From the NCBI GenBank assembly GCA_016869195.1, contig VGET01000001.1, forward strand, positions 2,800-66,799: 64,000 bases of DNA, written 5' to 3'. Within the stretch, counting starts at the first letter, position 1; each line of letters begins with the position of its first letter. Shown piece after piece: positions 19,550 to 29,733 of the stretch. The position numbers and the translations under genes are program-made. Source of the DNA: Alphaproteobacteria bacterium. GTDB lineage: Bacteria; Pseudomonadota; Alphaproteobacteria; UBA828. A model generated the notes under the pieces. It had not been told where the DNA came from. It made no database searches and saw nothing but the letters and a program-made list of their open reading frames with translations.

Positions 19550-20461
19550 TCATGGACGCGTACCGCCGCGCTCGGCCTGAAGGCCACGCCCGGCTCGCCA
19601 GCCTTGCCGTGCGCCATAGAGCGCGTTCGCAATCACCGCGATCAGGACGGCGATCACGCCGCCGAGCGTCAGCCCGACCGGCGCTTCGCCCGCGCCGAGC
19701 CAGGCCCAAACCACGCCGCCGACCGACTCGATCAACATGATCAGGCTGAGCGGCGCGACAGGCACATGGCGACTCGCGATGGTCACCAGCGCGAGCCCGC
19801 TCGCCTGCTGCACGACGCCAAATACGATGAGGAACGGCAAGGCCTGCCAGGTGATGTCGAACGGCAGGCCGAGCGGCAGGGAGACGATTCCGCCGATCAC
19901 CACGGCGATCAAGGTGGCCGGCAGCATATCGACCGACTTGGCCCGCCTGATGGTGACCAGATAGCCCGCGTAGCAGATGGCGATGGTCAGCGCGAGCACG
20001 ATGCCGAGCCAGCCCTCGCCGCCCATCGATTGCGCGACGATCATGAGAATGCCGGCAAGCGCCAACACCATGCCGAACCACGTCACGAGGCCGATGCGCT
20101 CGCGCAGCACGATCCAACCGATCAAGGCCGTGAGGAAGGGCGCGATCGCGAGGCAGGCGACCACATTGGCCACCAGCGTCGCGTTCAGCGCGATCACATA
20201 GGCGCTCGTCATGTAGGCCAAGGCTGCGCCGGAAAAGAGGCCGGCGCGGCCCGTGGCGATGACCGCAGCGAGGACGCGACCCTGGTGCCGCACGGCCAGG
20301 AAGAAGCCGAGCGCCACCGCACCAAAGACACAGCGCCAGAACACGATTTCCCAAGGGTCGAGTGTGATCCAACGCATTAGAAGACCTGCGAGCGAGAAGC
20401 AGAGCGCCCCGCTCACTGCGCAGAAGACGCCGAAAGGAAAATTGGCGGAGGTTGCCATGGC
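19550..20461 (-). CDS. DMT-superfamily transporter (EamA/RhaT type).
   Basis: There are ten predicted TM helices in two EamA-like repeats. The likely start is MATSANF. Confidence 0.6.
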   Translation of the reverse strand, partial: AMATSANFPFGVFCAVSGALCFSLAGLLMRWITLDPWEIVFWRCVFGAVALGFFLAVRHQGRVLAAVIATGRAGLFSGAALAYMTSAYVIALNATLVANVVACLAIAPFLTALIGWIVLRERIGLVTWFGMVLALAGILMIVAQSMGGEGWLGIVLALTIAICYAGYLVTIRRAKSVDMLPATLIAVVIGGIVSLPLGLPFDITWQALPFLIVFGVVQQASGLALVTIASRHVPVAPLSLIMLIESVGGVVWAWLGAGEAPVGLTLGGVIAVLIAVIANALYGARQGWRAGRGLQAERGGTRP

Positions 20462-20523
20462 AAGGTGTCGCGCCGGTCCGGCCCCGTTCGCCTTCAACCG
20501 GCGAACGGGCGATTCAGGCGGGG

Positions 20524-21225
20524 CTACTCGACGTCCTGGTCCGGTTCGGCGAGGGTGCGCAACCGATCCATATCAAGAATGCGCACTGTGCGGCCCTTGC
20601 GCTCGAGAATGCCGCCCTTCACCAGCTGAGACAGCACGCGCACCACGGTTTCACGCGAGGTGCTGGCGCGTCGTGCCAGCTCACGCTGCGTGGGAATGGG
20701 CGAGATGATCGTCGGGTCACCGCCGGTCGACTGCGCCAAACGCATGACCTCGACATAAACCCGCTGCACCGCCTTGAGCGTGCTCAAATCCATGATGCGC
20801 TCATCGGCCGTGCGGATGATGTGAGCCAGGCGACGCATTACGTTGAGCGCAACGCTCGGATTGCTGGTCAACGTGTTGTTGAACACGTCGGGCGGCATGA
20901 CAGCGACAAGGCTTGGCGCGCTCGCCACCACATTGGCTGAGCGGCGACGGCCATCGATCGCCGCGAGCTCGCCGAAATAGCCGCCGGCCTTCACCTGGCC
21001 GAAAGCAACTTCGCGGCCGGTGATCGAGTAGTTCACCACCTCGACCGCGCCTTCGATCACGAGGAAAACGTCGCGCGAATCGCTGTCGCGATCCAGAATC
21101 TGCTCCTCGGGCGCAAAGCGGCGCCAGCGGCACCGCCGCTCGATGGCCTGCAACTGGGGGGCCGGCAGCTCGCGCAGCAATTTGATGGCCGAGAGTCGCT
21201 CAACCGGAACCTGTGTGGTCGCCAT
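20524..21225 (-). CDS. Crp/Fnr-family transcriptional regulator.
   Basis: A cNMP-binding beta-roll (GYFGELAAIDG) is joined to a C-terminal HTH (RETVVRVLSQLVKGGIL). Confidence 0.7.
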   Translation of the reverse strand: MATTQVPVERLSAIKLLRELPAPQLQAIERRCRWRRFAPEEQILDRDSDSRDVFLVIEGAVEVVNYSITGREVAFGQVKAGGYFGELAAIDGRRRSANVVASAPSLVAVMPPDVFNNTLTSNPSVALNVMRRLAHIIRTADERIMDLSTLKAVQRVYVEVMRLAQSTGGDPTIISPIPTQRELARRASTSRETVVRVLSQLVKGGILERKGRTVRILDMDRLRTLAEPDQDVE

Positions 21226-21369
21226 GCCTCAATCCTTGCTTGAGGGCGCGCCCATCGAGCGCGGTAGGCTCTCCAAATTCGGCGTTCTTGCGCTGCCTCT
21301 TCGCCGTCAGGGACTTTCACGGTGGCGCCTCGGCCCAGTGTGCCTCAAACCACACCCTGGCGGCCACGG

Positions 21370-21412
21370 TTAACGCGACGTTAATATATTGAGGTCAAGG
21401 TTGTGGTCAACG
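21370..21412. promoter_or_regulatory. Cluster of short palindromes in the divergent intergenic region between the crp-like gene and the HPt remnant.
   Basis: TTAACgcgacGTTAA (5-5-5), TTGAggTCAA and GTTGtggtCAAC all lie within about 45 bp. Confidence 0.25.
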
Positions 21413-21458
21413 CAGCTTTCTGCCCGCGCGGATAGGTATTCTGAGGCCTCAGCGGCTT

Positions 21459-22124
21459 ATGCGAGGCCCCCGCCGCGGCCGGGTAGGTGATGAACCGGAG
21501 CAGCCTTCGGTGCCAATCGATGACGAGCGTCCGGGTTCCCTGACGCCGACGCAGCCCGAGGAGCCCGCCGCAAAGATACCCATCATCGCGATGACGGCCA
21601 ATGCGATGAAGGGCGATGATCAGATCTGCCTCGACGCAGGGATGGACGACTATTTGGCGAAGCCGGTCAACCGCCACAAGCTGTATGACCTCGTCGAAAA
21701 GTGGGGCACGAAGGCCCGAAGGACGGCGCCGGAAAGCCCGGCAGCGCCATTGGAGCCGCTTCGTTCCGTCGTGATGCGCGACAAACTGCTCGATGATCTC
21801 GAAAGCCAGCTCGGCCGCGAGGCCGTGGCGAGCCTCCTGGCCGAGCAGATGCGCGATACGCTGAACCGGATCAACGAGATCAAGGCGGCGCTGGCCGCCT
21901 GCGACGTGGAGACGCTGCGCCAGATCGCCCACGGTTTGAAGAGCACCGCCGGCAGCTTCGGCCTTGAGGCGCTCTCCGAGCGCGCCGGCAAGGTGGAGCG
22001 CGCCTGCCGCGAAGGGCAGCGCGCGGCCGCGCTCAGCCTCGCCTCCACCCTCGAGGCCATCGCGACCGAATCGATCGAGCTGTTGCGCGCCCGCTACCCC
22101 GAAACCGCACGCCTCGTCGCCTGA
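21459..22124 (+). pseudogene. 5'-truncated remnant of a receiver-HPt signalling protein. Only the last third of the REC domain and an intact HPt domain are present.
   Basis: ..KIPIIAMTANAMKGDDQICLDAGMDDYLAKP is the C-terminal end of a REC domain (conserved T and K), but the phospho-acceptor Asp region is absent. The HPt motif HGLKSTAGSFG is intact. The upstream frame hits a stop at 21390 with no REC-like coding. Confidence 0.55.
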
Positions 22125-23206
22125 TCGCGTGCCTTGGCGCGCCGCCAGCCGCGGCCAAGCACATGCTCGACCACCTTCTTGGTCATGGTCGGCATGGCAA
22201 GTCGGTGAAAATCCTTCGGATGTGACCACAGGCCCTCGGGCGCGCGGGCGGCGGTGACCCGCCCTTTCAGCACCACGAGATCGATATCGAAATGCGTGAA
22301 GCCGTGTGCCACCACGCCCTCGAGCCGTCGCCACTGGACACGCGCGGGCGCCGCCCCAGCTGACTCGTCAGGTTCTTCGGCGGCATCGCGCCAGGGACCG
22401 GACGGGATTTCGATCATGCCGCCGAGCAGCCCGTTCTCCGGTCTACGGCGCAGGAGCACAGCGCCGTCATCGCGCTCGAGCCAATAAACCACGGCGTAAC
22501 GCTTCGGCTTCGCCTTCGCGATTGCGCGGCGCGGCAACTCGACGGCAATACCGCGCTGCCTCGCCACGCACAACTCCGCGAGCGGACAGGCGAGGCAACC
22601 CGGCGAGCGCGGCGTGCAGACCATGGCGCCAAGGTCCATGAGCGCCTGAGCATAGTCGCCCGCGCGTAAGGACGGCACCAACGTCGCCGCGCGTTGCCTG
22701 ATCTCGATCTTGGCGCCGGGCAAAGGCGCCTCGATCGCGAAGAGCCGCGCGACCACCCGCTCGACATTGCCATCAACCACATTGGCCGGCTGATCGAACG
22801 CGATCGCGCGGAGCGCAGCGACTGTGTAGTCGCCGATCCCGGGCAACGCCCGCAAGGCGGCCTCATCGCGCGGCAGAACGCCACCATGCCGGCGCACGAT
22901 CTCGCCGGCCGCCCGATGCAGGTTGCGCGCCCGGGCGTAGTAGCCGAGGCCCTGCCAGGCGTGGAGCACGTCATCGAGCGGCGCGTCAGCCAGCCGTTCG
23001 ACGGTCGGGAAGCGCGCGACGAAGCGTTCATAGCGCTCGGCCACGGTTGGCACCGTGGTCTGCTGCAGCATGATCTCGCTCAGCCAGACCCGATAGGGAT
23101 CGGCGGCCTCGCCCGGCTCGGCCCGCCAGGGCAACCGGCGGCGATGACGATCGAACCAGGCGAGCAGCCGCGCCGCGGGCGACCCGTCAAGCTTTGCCAC
23201 AGCCAT
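22094..23206 (-). CDS. mutY: Adenine DNA glycosylase MutY.
   Basis: It has the HhH-GPD motif, a 4Fe-4S Cys cluster (C..C..C..C) and a C-terminal Nudix-like domain. The 554-aa ORF in the track is an upstream extension; the real start is MAVAKL at 23206. Confidence 0.8.
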   Translation of the reverse strand: MAVAKLDGSPAARLLAWFDRHRRRLPWRAEPGEAADPYRVWLSEIMLQQTTVPTVAERYERFVARFPTVERLADAPLDDVLHAWQGLGYYARARNLHRAAGEIVRRHGGVLPRDEAALRALPGIGDYTVAALRAIAFDQPANVVDGNVERVVARLFAIEAPLPGAKIEIRQRAATLVPSLRAGDYAQALMDLGAMVCTPRSPGCLACPLAELCVARQRGIAVELPRRAIAKAKPKRYAVVYWLERDDGAVLLRRRPENGLLGGMIEIPSGPWRDAAEEPDESAGAAPARVQWRRLEGVVAHGFTHFDIDLVVLKGRVTAARAPEGLWSHPKDFHRLAMPTMTKKVVEHVLGRGWRRAKARDQATRRAVSG

Positions 23207-23263
23207 AGTTTTGCCACCTCCGCGCACCAAGATAGAATCCATCGCCCGACTCGCAAAACCGCC

Positions 23264-23791
23264 ATGGCAGCTCGCTCCCAGAATCCACCCGTAACCCGCC
23301 GCCTCGGCCTGAGGCGGCTGGCCGATGCCACGCGGCTGGCCAGCCGGCCGGTGTTGCGCGAACACGGCTTCGCGCTCCCGGCGATCCTGACCGATTGGGC
23401 GGCGATTGTGGGTGCGGAGCTCGCCAGCGATTGCGCCCCCGAGCGTCTGTCGCGCAGCGGCAGCCTGACCATCCGGGTTGCCGGTCCCTGCGCGCTTGAG
23501 TTGCAGCATCGGACGCCCGAGATCCTCGAACGGATTGCGGGTTATTTCGGCCATCGCGCGGTGACCCGGCTTCGCCTCGTCCAGGGCCCGTTGCCAAAAT
23601 CGACCCCCCTTGCGCGCGCGGCCCTGCCCGCGCTCAGCACCGCCGACAGCGCGGCGCTCCAATGCGCAACCGCCGTGCTTGCCGAAACCCCGCTTAGGCG
23701 GGCGATCGAGCGATTGGGCCGCGCCGTGCTGGCCGACGATGCACGCCGAAGCCGCCAACGACTTGAACCAAGGAATGGGCCATCCCTATAA
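23264..23791 (+). CDS. DUF721-domain protein, divergent from mutY in the conserved alphaproteobacterial synteny.
   Basis: It is about 175 aa from the internal ATG of the 365-aa ORF, with conserved placement between mutY and the dsbA-like gene. Confidence 0.45.
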   Translation: MAARSQNPPVTRRLGLRRLADATRLASRPVLREHGFALPAILTDWAAIVGAELASDCAPERLSRSGSLTIRVAGPCALELQHRTPEILERIAGYFGHRAVTRLRLVQGPLPKSTPLARAALPALSTADSAALQCATAVLAETPLRRAIERLGRAVLADDARRSRQRLEPRNGPSL

Positions 23792-23798
23792 TCCCGCC

Positions 23799-24464
23799 AT
23801 GCGCAAGAACCGTGACGACCAGAACCTGATCAGCCGACGCGGCGTGTTGACCGCGTTGTCGAGTTCCGCCTTCGTGGCGGCGACCGCGAGCTACACGCTG
23901 TCCTATGTTTGGGCGAAGCCCGCCAATGCGTCGTCGTGGGAGAACCCGGACGACAACGCCATTGGCAATCCCGAGGCGCCGGTCGTGGTGATCGAATATT
24001 TCTCGCTCACCTGCCCCCATTGCTGGCGTCATCACCGCGACATCTACCCCGCGTTCCGCCGTGATTTCGTCGACACCGGCAAGGTGCGGCTCATTCTGCG
24101 CGACTACCCGCTGAACGCGCCGGCCCTGCACGCCGCTCAGCTCGCCCATTGTGGCGGCAAGGAGCGCTATTTCCCGTTCGTGGAAACGCTGTTCCAGCAG
24201 TTCGAGCAGTGGACCCAGTCTGACAATTACATCGTCGCACTCACCAAGATCGGTGAGCTTGGCGGCGTGTCCGAAGCCCAGTTCAAGGCCTGCCTAGCCG
24301 ACAAGGAGCTCGAAGCCCACATCCTGAAGGTTGCGCTCGATGGCGAGCAGAAGTATGCCGTGCAGTCGACGCCGTCCTTCATTTTCAACGGCAAGCTCCA
24401 TGCCGGTGAAATGACCCTCGAGAAGATGGCCAAGATCGTAAACGGCGTAATGCCGGAGGCCTGA
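23799..24464 (+). CDS. DsbA-family periplasmic thiol:disulfide oxidoreductase.
   Basis: It has a signal peptide (RRGVLTALSSSAFVAA), a CPHC thioredoxin motif, and an upstream RBS AGGAA. Confidence 0.7.
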   Translation: MRKNRDDQNLISRRGVLTALSSSAFVAATASYTLSYVWAKPANASSWENPDDNAIGNPEAPVVVIEYFSLTCPHCWRHHRDIYPAFRRDFVDTGKVRLILRDYPLNAPALHAAQLAHCGGKERYFPFVETLFQQFEQWTQSDNYIVALTKIGELGGVSEAQFKACLADKELEAHILKVALDGEQKYAVQSTPSFIFNGKLHAGEMTLEKMAKIVNGVMPEA

Positions 24465-24581
24465 GTGAACGCCCGTCTTCTTGTTTCGAGGCGCTTTGTG
24501 CGCCGTCTCCGTGCGCCCGCAGGCCGGTCAGGGCTGCGGGCGCGCGGCCGCCATTTGTAGACCGTCGGGCGGGGCGGTCGG

Positions 24582-27500
24582 GTGCATTTCACCAAGCTTC
24601 GGCTTACCGGATTCAAATCGTTCGTCGAGCCGAGCGAGTTCCAGATCGAGCGCGGCATGACCGGCGTTGTCGGGCCGAACGGCTGCGGCAAGTCGAATCT
24701 GGTCGAGGCGCTGCGCTGGGTGATGGGCGAGACCTCCGCTAAGCAGATGCGCGGCGGCGAGATGGACGACGTCATCTTCAGCGGCACCGAGGCGCGCGCC
24801 GCCCGCAATGTCGCCGAAGTCGTGGTCACGCTCGACAATGCCTCAAGGCGGGCGCCGGCGGCCTTCAATGAGAGCGAAATGCTCGAGGTCGTGCGCCGCA
24901 TCGAGCGGGGCTCCGGATCGAATTACCGGGTCAACGGCGTCGATGTCCGGGCGCGCGATGTTCAGCTTCTGTTCGCAGACGTCGCGACCGGTGCGCATTC
25001 GACCGCGATGGTCGGCCAGGGCCGCATCAACGACATCATCAACGCCAAGCCGGCCCAGCGCCGCTTGGTGCTCGAAGAGGCGGCCGGCATCACCGGGCTT
25101 CACGCGCGGCGCCACGAGGCCGAGCTCAAGCTGCGCGCGGCCGAGGCCAATCTGGGCCGCGTGCACGACGTGCTCGGCACGCTTGATGCCCAGCTTGTCG
25201 GCCTGAAGCGCCAGGCCCGGCAGGCGAGCCGCTATCGCCGCCTTTCAGAGGCGCTCAGGCGTCTGGAGGCGTTGCTTCTGCATCTGCGTTGGCAAGGTGC
25301 GAGCGCGGCCGCGCGCGAGACCGAGCGTGTGCTTGACGAAGCCAACCGGCAGGTCGGCGTGCTGACCGCGGAGGTGGCGGCCGCCACAACTGCCGATGCC
25401 GACGCTTCGGCAGCCTTGCCCGCGCTTCGCCAGGCCGAGGCCGAGCTTGCCGCCGCGCTCCACCGGCTGGCGCTCGCCCGGGATGGCCTCGATGCCGAGG
25501 AACGTCGCCTGGTCGATGAGCGCAATTCGCTCGAGACCCGCGACGCGCAGATCAAGGGCGACCTTGAGCGTGAGCGCACCTTGGCCGCCGATGGCAACGC
25601 TGCGGTGCAGCTGATTTCGACCGAGGCGGAAGGGTTGATTGCCGCGCGCGACGGCCATGGCGCGGCCGAAGCCGAGGCCGAAGCGGCGCGGGAGAGCGCG
25701 AATGCCGCGGCCCGCAATCTCGAGGACCGGCTGACCCGCCTGCTCCAGGATGTGGCCGCGACCGAGGCCAAGCGTGCTTCGCTCGAGCGCAGCCTCGGAG
25801 ACTTTGGCGAGCGCCACCGTCGGCTCGAAGCCGATCGCGGCGGTATTGAGGGCGAGCGCACTGCGCTCCTCGCCCGCGCCAAGGAAGACGGCGAGCGGCG
25901 CGAGGCCGAGGCCCTGGTGATCGAGGCCCAGCGCGCGGTCGGGGCGGCGAAAGAAGACTCGGAGGGGCGCGAGCGGGCGCGTCAGGATGCGCAAATCCGC
26001 GCCAACGCGGCGCGCGACCTGTTTCAGTCGATCGATGCGAGGCTGGCACGCCTCAAGGCCGAGCGGGACGCGCTCGATGGCGTGCTCGGCAAGCGCGAAC
26101 CCGGCTATGGGCCATCCATCGTCGATGTCATTTCGGTCGAGCCCGGCTACGAGGCGGCGCTCGGCGCGGCGCTCGGCGATGATCTCGACGCGCCGGAGAA
26201 TGCGCGCGCTGCGATCCACTGGGCGACGCTTGATCCTATCGCCAATCCGCCCTCCTTGCCCGAGGGGGCCGAACCGCTGAGCGCGGTCGTGGTCGCGCCC
26301 CGGGCGCTGGCACGCCGGCTGTCGCAAGTGGGGGTGGTCGAGGAGGCGGACGGCGCGCGACTGCGCATCGAGTTGGCGCCGGGCCAGCGTCTGGTATCGC
26401 GCTCGGGTGCGATGTGGCGCTGGGATGGCTATACCCTTGCGCCCGACGCGCCAACCGCCGCCGCAACCCGCCTGAAGCAGCGCAACCGGCTGACCGCCCT
26501 GGCCGCTGAGATCGGCGAGATCGAGGCCGAATACCAGCTTGCCGGCACGCGCAACGCCGCGGCCGAGGCGGCGCGCAAGGCCGCCGAGGACGAAGCCCGG
26601 GCGGCCCGCCAAGTGGCGGACACGAAGCGCGACGCTCATCAGGTGGCGCTTGACCGCAAAGCGCGACTCGATGCCGCAGCCGCAGCCGACGCCTCGCGGC
26701 TTGCGGCGCTGGGCGAGGCGCTTGAGCGGCTCGCCAACCAAGTCGCCGAGGCCGAAGCCGGCAGCACCGAGGCGAGAACGGCGCTCGCCGCGTTGCCACC
26801 GCTCGAGACCGGACGGAATGAGGTGGCGGCCCGGCGCGAAGAGCTTGGTGCCGCGCGCGCCCATTTGGACGACCGCGCGAGGCTGCACGACCAGCTTGTG
26901 CGCGAGCGCAGCGCACGCGAAAGCCGCCTCGAGCGGCTCGAAAAAGACGCTGAGATCTGGCGGGAGCGGCTTGGCGCCACGGCCCGGCGGATTGAGGAGC
27001 TGGGCCAGCGCGGCGCCGATATTCGTGCGGCCCTGGTTGCGCTCGAAGGCAAACCTGATGAGTTGGCGGCCAAGCGCCAGGCGCTGCTGAGCGAGATCGA
27101 CGCGATGGAGGGCCGGCGGCGCGACGCCGCGGATGCGCTCGCGCGCGGAGAGGAGAAGGCTTCGGACAGCGCCCGCGCGCTGAAGGCTGCCGAGCAGGCG
27201 CTCTCTGGCGTGCGCGAAGAGCGCGCCCGGCTCGAGACCCGGCTCGACCATGCCCGCCAGGAAGAGGCCGAATCGGTGGCGCAGATCGCCGAGCGCCTCG
27301 AATGTGCACCCGACGAAGCGCTGGCCCGGGCCGAGCCTGAGCCCGACGAGCCCTTGCCCGAGCTTGTGACCGTCGAGGAGCGGATCGCCAAGCTCAGCCG
27401 CGAGCGCGACGGCATCGGGCCGGTCAATCTGCGCGCCGAGATCGAGGCGAAGGAGCTAGAGGAGCAGATCGAGACGCTGAACCGCGAAAAAGGTGACCTA

Positions 27501-28040
27501 GAGGCGGCGATCGCCCGGTTGCGCCAGGGCATCAGCTCGCTCAACCGCGAAGGGCGCGAGCGCGTGCTCGCGGCCTTCACCCAGATCGACCGGCACTTCC
27601 AGGAGCTGTTCACCCGGCTGTTCGGCGGCGGCCACGCCCACCTCGTGCTGGTCGACTCGGATGATCCGCTCGAAGCCGGGCTCGAGATCATGGCGAGCCC
27701 GCCGGGCAAGCGGCTGCAGACGCTTTCGCTGCTCTCGGGCGGCGAGAAGGCGCTCACCGCGCTGGCCTTGCTGTTTGCCGCGTTTTTGACCAATCCGGCG
27801 CCGATTTGCGTGCTTGATGAGGCGGATGCGCCGCTGGACGAATCGAATGTCGGGCGCTTCTGCAGCCTGATCGAGCATCTGGCGAAGACCACGGAGACCC
27901 GCTTCATCGTAATCACCCACAACCGGATCACGATGGCCCGTGTCGACCGGCTCTATGGTGTGACCATGGCGGAGCGTGGCGTCTCGCAATTGGTTTCGGT
28001 CGACCTTGAGACCGCGGAACGTCTGCGCGAGAGCGCCTGA
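24582..28040 (+). CDS. smc: Chromosome partition protein Smc.
   Basis: There is an N-terminal Walker A (GPNGCGKSN), long coiled coils, a hinge, and a C-terminal LSGGEK signature with Walker B (LDEAD) and a DA-box. Confidence 0.9.
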   Translation: MHFTKLRLTGFKSFVEPSEFQIERGMTGVVGPNGCGKSNLVEALRWVMGETSAKQMRGGEMDDVIFSGTEARAARNVAEVVVTLDNASRRAPAAFNESEMLEVVRRIERGSGSNYRVNGVDVRARDVQLLFADVATGAHSTAMVGQGRINDIINAKPAQRRLVLEEAAGITGLHARRHEAELKLRAAEANLGRVHDVLGTLDAQLVGLKRQARQASRYRRLSEALRRLEALLLHLRWQGASAAARETERVLDEANRQVGVLTAEVAAATTADADASAALPALRQAEAELAAALHRLALARDGLDAEERRLVDERNSLETRDAQIKGDLERERTLAADGNAAVQLISTEAEGLIAARDGHGAAEAEAEAARESANAAARNLEDRLTRLLQDVAATEAKRASLERSLGDFGERHRRLEADRGGIEGERTALLARAKEDGERREAEALVIEAQRAVGAAKEDSEGRERARQDAQIRANAARDLFQSIDARLARLKAERDALDGVLGKREPGYGPSIVDVISVEPGYEAALGAALGDDLDAPENARAAIHWATLDPIANPPSLPEGAEPLSAVVVAPRALARRLSQVGVVEEADGARLRIELAPGQRLVSRSGAMWRWDGYTLAPDAPTAAATRLKQRNRLTALAAEIGEIEAEYQLAGTRNAAAEAARKAAEDEARAARQVADTKRDAHQVALDRKARLDAAAAADASRLAALGEALERLANQVAEAEAGSTEARTALAALPPLETGRNEVAARREELGAARAHLDDRARLHDQLVRERSARESRLERLEKDAEIWRERLGATARRIEELGQRGADIRAALVALEGKPDELAAKRQALLSEIDAMEGRRRDAADALARGEEKASDSARALKAAEQALSGVREERARLETRLDHARQEEAESVAQIAERLECAPDEALARAEPEPDEPLPELVTVEERIAKLSRERDGIGPVNLRAEIEAKELEEQIETLNREKGDLEAAIARLRQGISSLNREGRERVLAAFTQIDRHFQELFTRLFGGGHAHLVLVDSDDPLEAGLEIMASPPGKRLQTLSLLSGGEKALTALALLFAAFLTNPAPICVLDEADAPLDESNVGRFCSLIEHLAKTTETRFIVITHNRITMARVDRLYGVTMAERGVSQLVSVDLETAERLRESA

Positions 28041-28095
28041 TCGCGCCGCCGAGAAATTCAGATTAAGCTATATCTTTCAGATACTTACAGCCGGG

Positions 28096-28124
28096 TCACA
28101 AGTTCTTGACAGGCCGGGGGCCGG
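28096..28124 (+). promoter_or_regulatory. Sigma70-like promoter for the atpI-atpB-atpE-atpF'-atpF operon.
   Basis: TTGACA (28096-28101), a 17-bp spacer, then TATGGT (28119-28124), about 50 bp upstream of atpI. Confidence 0.4.
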
Positions 28125-28176
28125 TCCGTATGGTTCGGCCGGCTTTTGACCACGGCCAAGGCGGAGCGGGGGTCAA

Positions 28177-28542
28177 ATGACGCGTGAAGACAAGCCTCCG
28201 CCATCGCTAGAGGATATCGACTCCCGTCTGCGCCGGGCTCGCGGCAAGGAACAGCCCAGCGACGGCCTGAAGACCCCGACCAGCAATCTGGGTCGCGCTT
28301 TTCATCTCGCCATCGAGATGGCCGCAGGATTGGCGGTGGGCGGCGCGATCGGCTGGTTTCTCGATAACCGGGTGTTTGATACCAAGCCGTGGCTGCTCGT
28401 CGTGTTCCTGTTTCTCGGGCTGGGTGCGGGCGTGCGTAATGTGATGCGCACGATCGGCCGTTTCAACGCGGAGCTCGAGCACAAAGAGCGCGAGGCCAAG
28501 GAACAGGCCCGCGACGAGACAACGAAGGACGATCGGGGGTAG
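28177..28542 (+). CDS. atpI: ATP synthase protein I (AtpI/AtpR).
   Basis: It is a small two-TM protein directly upstream of atpB, with a conserved Arg in TM1 context. Confidence 0.6.
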   Translation: MTREDKPPPSLEDIDSRLRRARGKEQPSDGLKTPTSNLGRAFHLAIEMAAGLAVGGAIGWFLDNRVFDTKPWLLVVFLFLGLGAGVRNVMRTIGRFNAELEHKEREAKEQARDETTKDDRG

Positions 28543-28550
28543 CAACGACC

Positions 28551-29366
28551 GTGCTGGGATTCGCACTTGCAGCCGAGGAAGCGGTAGCCACCGCCGTCGA
28601 GCACGGCGCCGAAGCCGCTGCGCATGCCGCCGAGCACAGCGAAAAGCACGGCCTCTTGGATCAGTTCAAGATCCAGCGCTTTGTCGACATCGACCTCGGC
28701 TTCGACGCCTCTTTCACCAATTCCAGCGCGATGATGGTCGCCTCCGTGGTGCTCATCTCGCTGTTCATGATCCTCGGCCTCGGCCGGGGACGGCTGATTC
28801 CCGGGCGCATGCAGTCGGTCGTCGAATCATCCTATGAGATGATCGCGCGCATGCTGGGCGACACGGTGGGCGGCAAGGGGGCGGAGCGCGCCTTCCCCTT
28901 CGTGTTCTGCCTGTTCATGTTCCTGCTGTTCGGCAATCTGCTCGGGCTGATCCCCTACGCCTTCACCTTCACCAGCCACATCGTCGTCACCTTCCTGTTC
29001 GCCGCCGTCATCTTCGTCGGCGTGACGCTGCTTGGGCTGATCATCCACCGGCACCACTTCTTCAGCTATTTCGCGCCCTCGGGCGTACCGATCTTCCTCA
29101 TGCCGGTGCTGGTGCCGATCGAGATTGTCTCCTACATCGCGCGCCCGATCAGCCTCTCTGTTCGTCTGTTCGCCAACATGATGGCGGGTCACACCATCCT
29201 GCACGTGTTCGGCACGTTCATCGCCGCGCTGACCTTCTTCGGCTTCCTGCCGTTCGGCTTCATGGTCGCGCTCTACGGTCTCGAGATCCTGGTAGCCTGC
29301 CTCCAGGCCTATGTGTTTGCGATCTTGACCTGCCTTTACATTCGCGACGCGATCCACCTCCACTGA
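28551..29366 (+). CDS. atpB: F0F1 ATP synthase subunit a.
   Basis: It has five TM helices and the essential Arg in ..LSVRLFANMMAGH. Confidence 0.9.
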   Translation: MLGFALAAEEAVATAVEHGAEAAAHAAEHSEKHGLLDQFKIQRFVDIDLGFDASFTNSSAMMVASVVLISLFMILGLGRGRLIPGRMQSVVESSYEMIARMLGDTVGGKGAERAFPFVFCLFMFLLFGNLLGLIPYAFTFTSHIVVTFLFAAVIFVGVTLLGLIIHRHHFFSYFAPSGVPIFLMPVLVPIEIVSYIARPISLSVRLFANMMAGHTILHVFGTFIAALTFFGFLPFGFMVALYGLEILVACLQAYVFAILTCLYIRDAIHLH

Positions 29367-29432
29367 GAAGCGGCGGATTCGCGGCGGGAGAACCACTCAC
29401 TCAATCAACTTCGAAGCGAAGGGAAGACGATC

Positions 29433-29669
29433 ATGGATGCGGAAGCGGCAAAGTCGCTCGGACAGTTCATCGGCATGGGCCTCGCCACCATGGGCGTGGC
29501 GGGCGCCGGCGTCGGTATCGGTATCATCTTCGGCAATTTCATCTCGGCCGCAGGGCGCAACCCGGCCGCGGCGCCGAAGCTCTTCGGCAACGTGCTCCTC
29601 GGCTTCGCGCTGACGGAAGCGACGGCGCTGTTCGCGCTCGTCATGGCGTTCATCATCCTCGGCAGCTGA
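29433..29669 (+). CDS. atpE: F0F1 ATP synthase subunit c.
   Basis: It is a 78-aa helical hairpin with the conserved carboxylate in ..[11 protein letters not shown].. Confidence 0.9.
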   Translation: MDAEAAKSLGQFIGMGLATMGVAGAGVGIGIIFGNFISAAGRNPAAAPKLFGNVLLGFALTEATALFALVMAFIILGS

Positions 29670-29733
29670 GCCGGATCACGCGAGGCTTTGGGGCGGCCGG
29701 CAGCTTGGCCGGCGTCCCCAAGGGGGTAGTGCC

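Noticed and set aside
22094-23758. A 554-aa extended MutY ORF and a 365-aa extended DUF721 ORF (22694-23791) overlapping each other head-to-head.
   Set aside because: Both N-terminal extensions are low-complexity and overlap the divergent partner gene. The conserved proteins start at internal ATGs (23206 and 23264 respectively).
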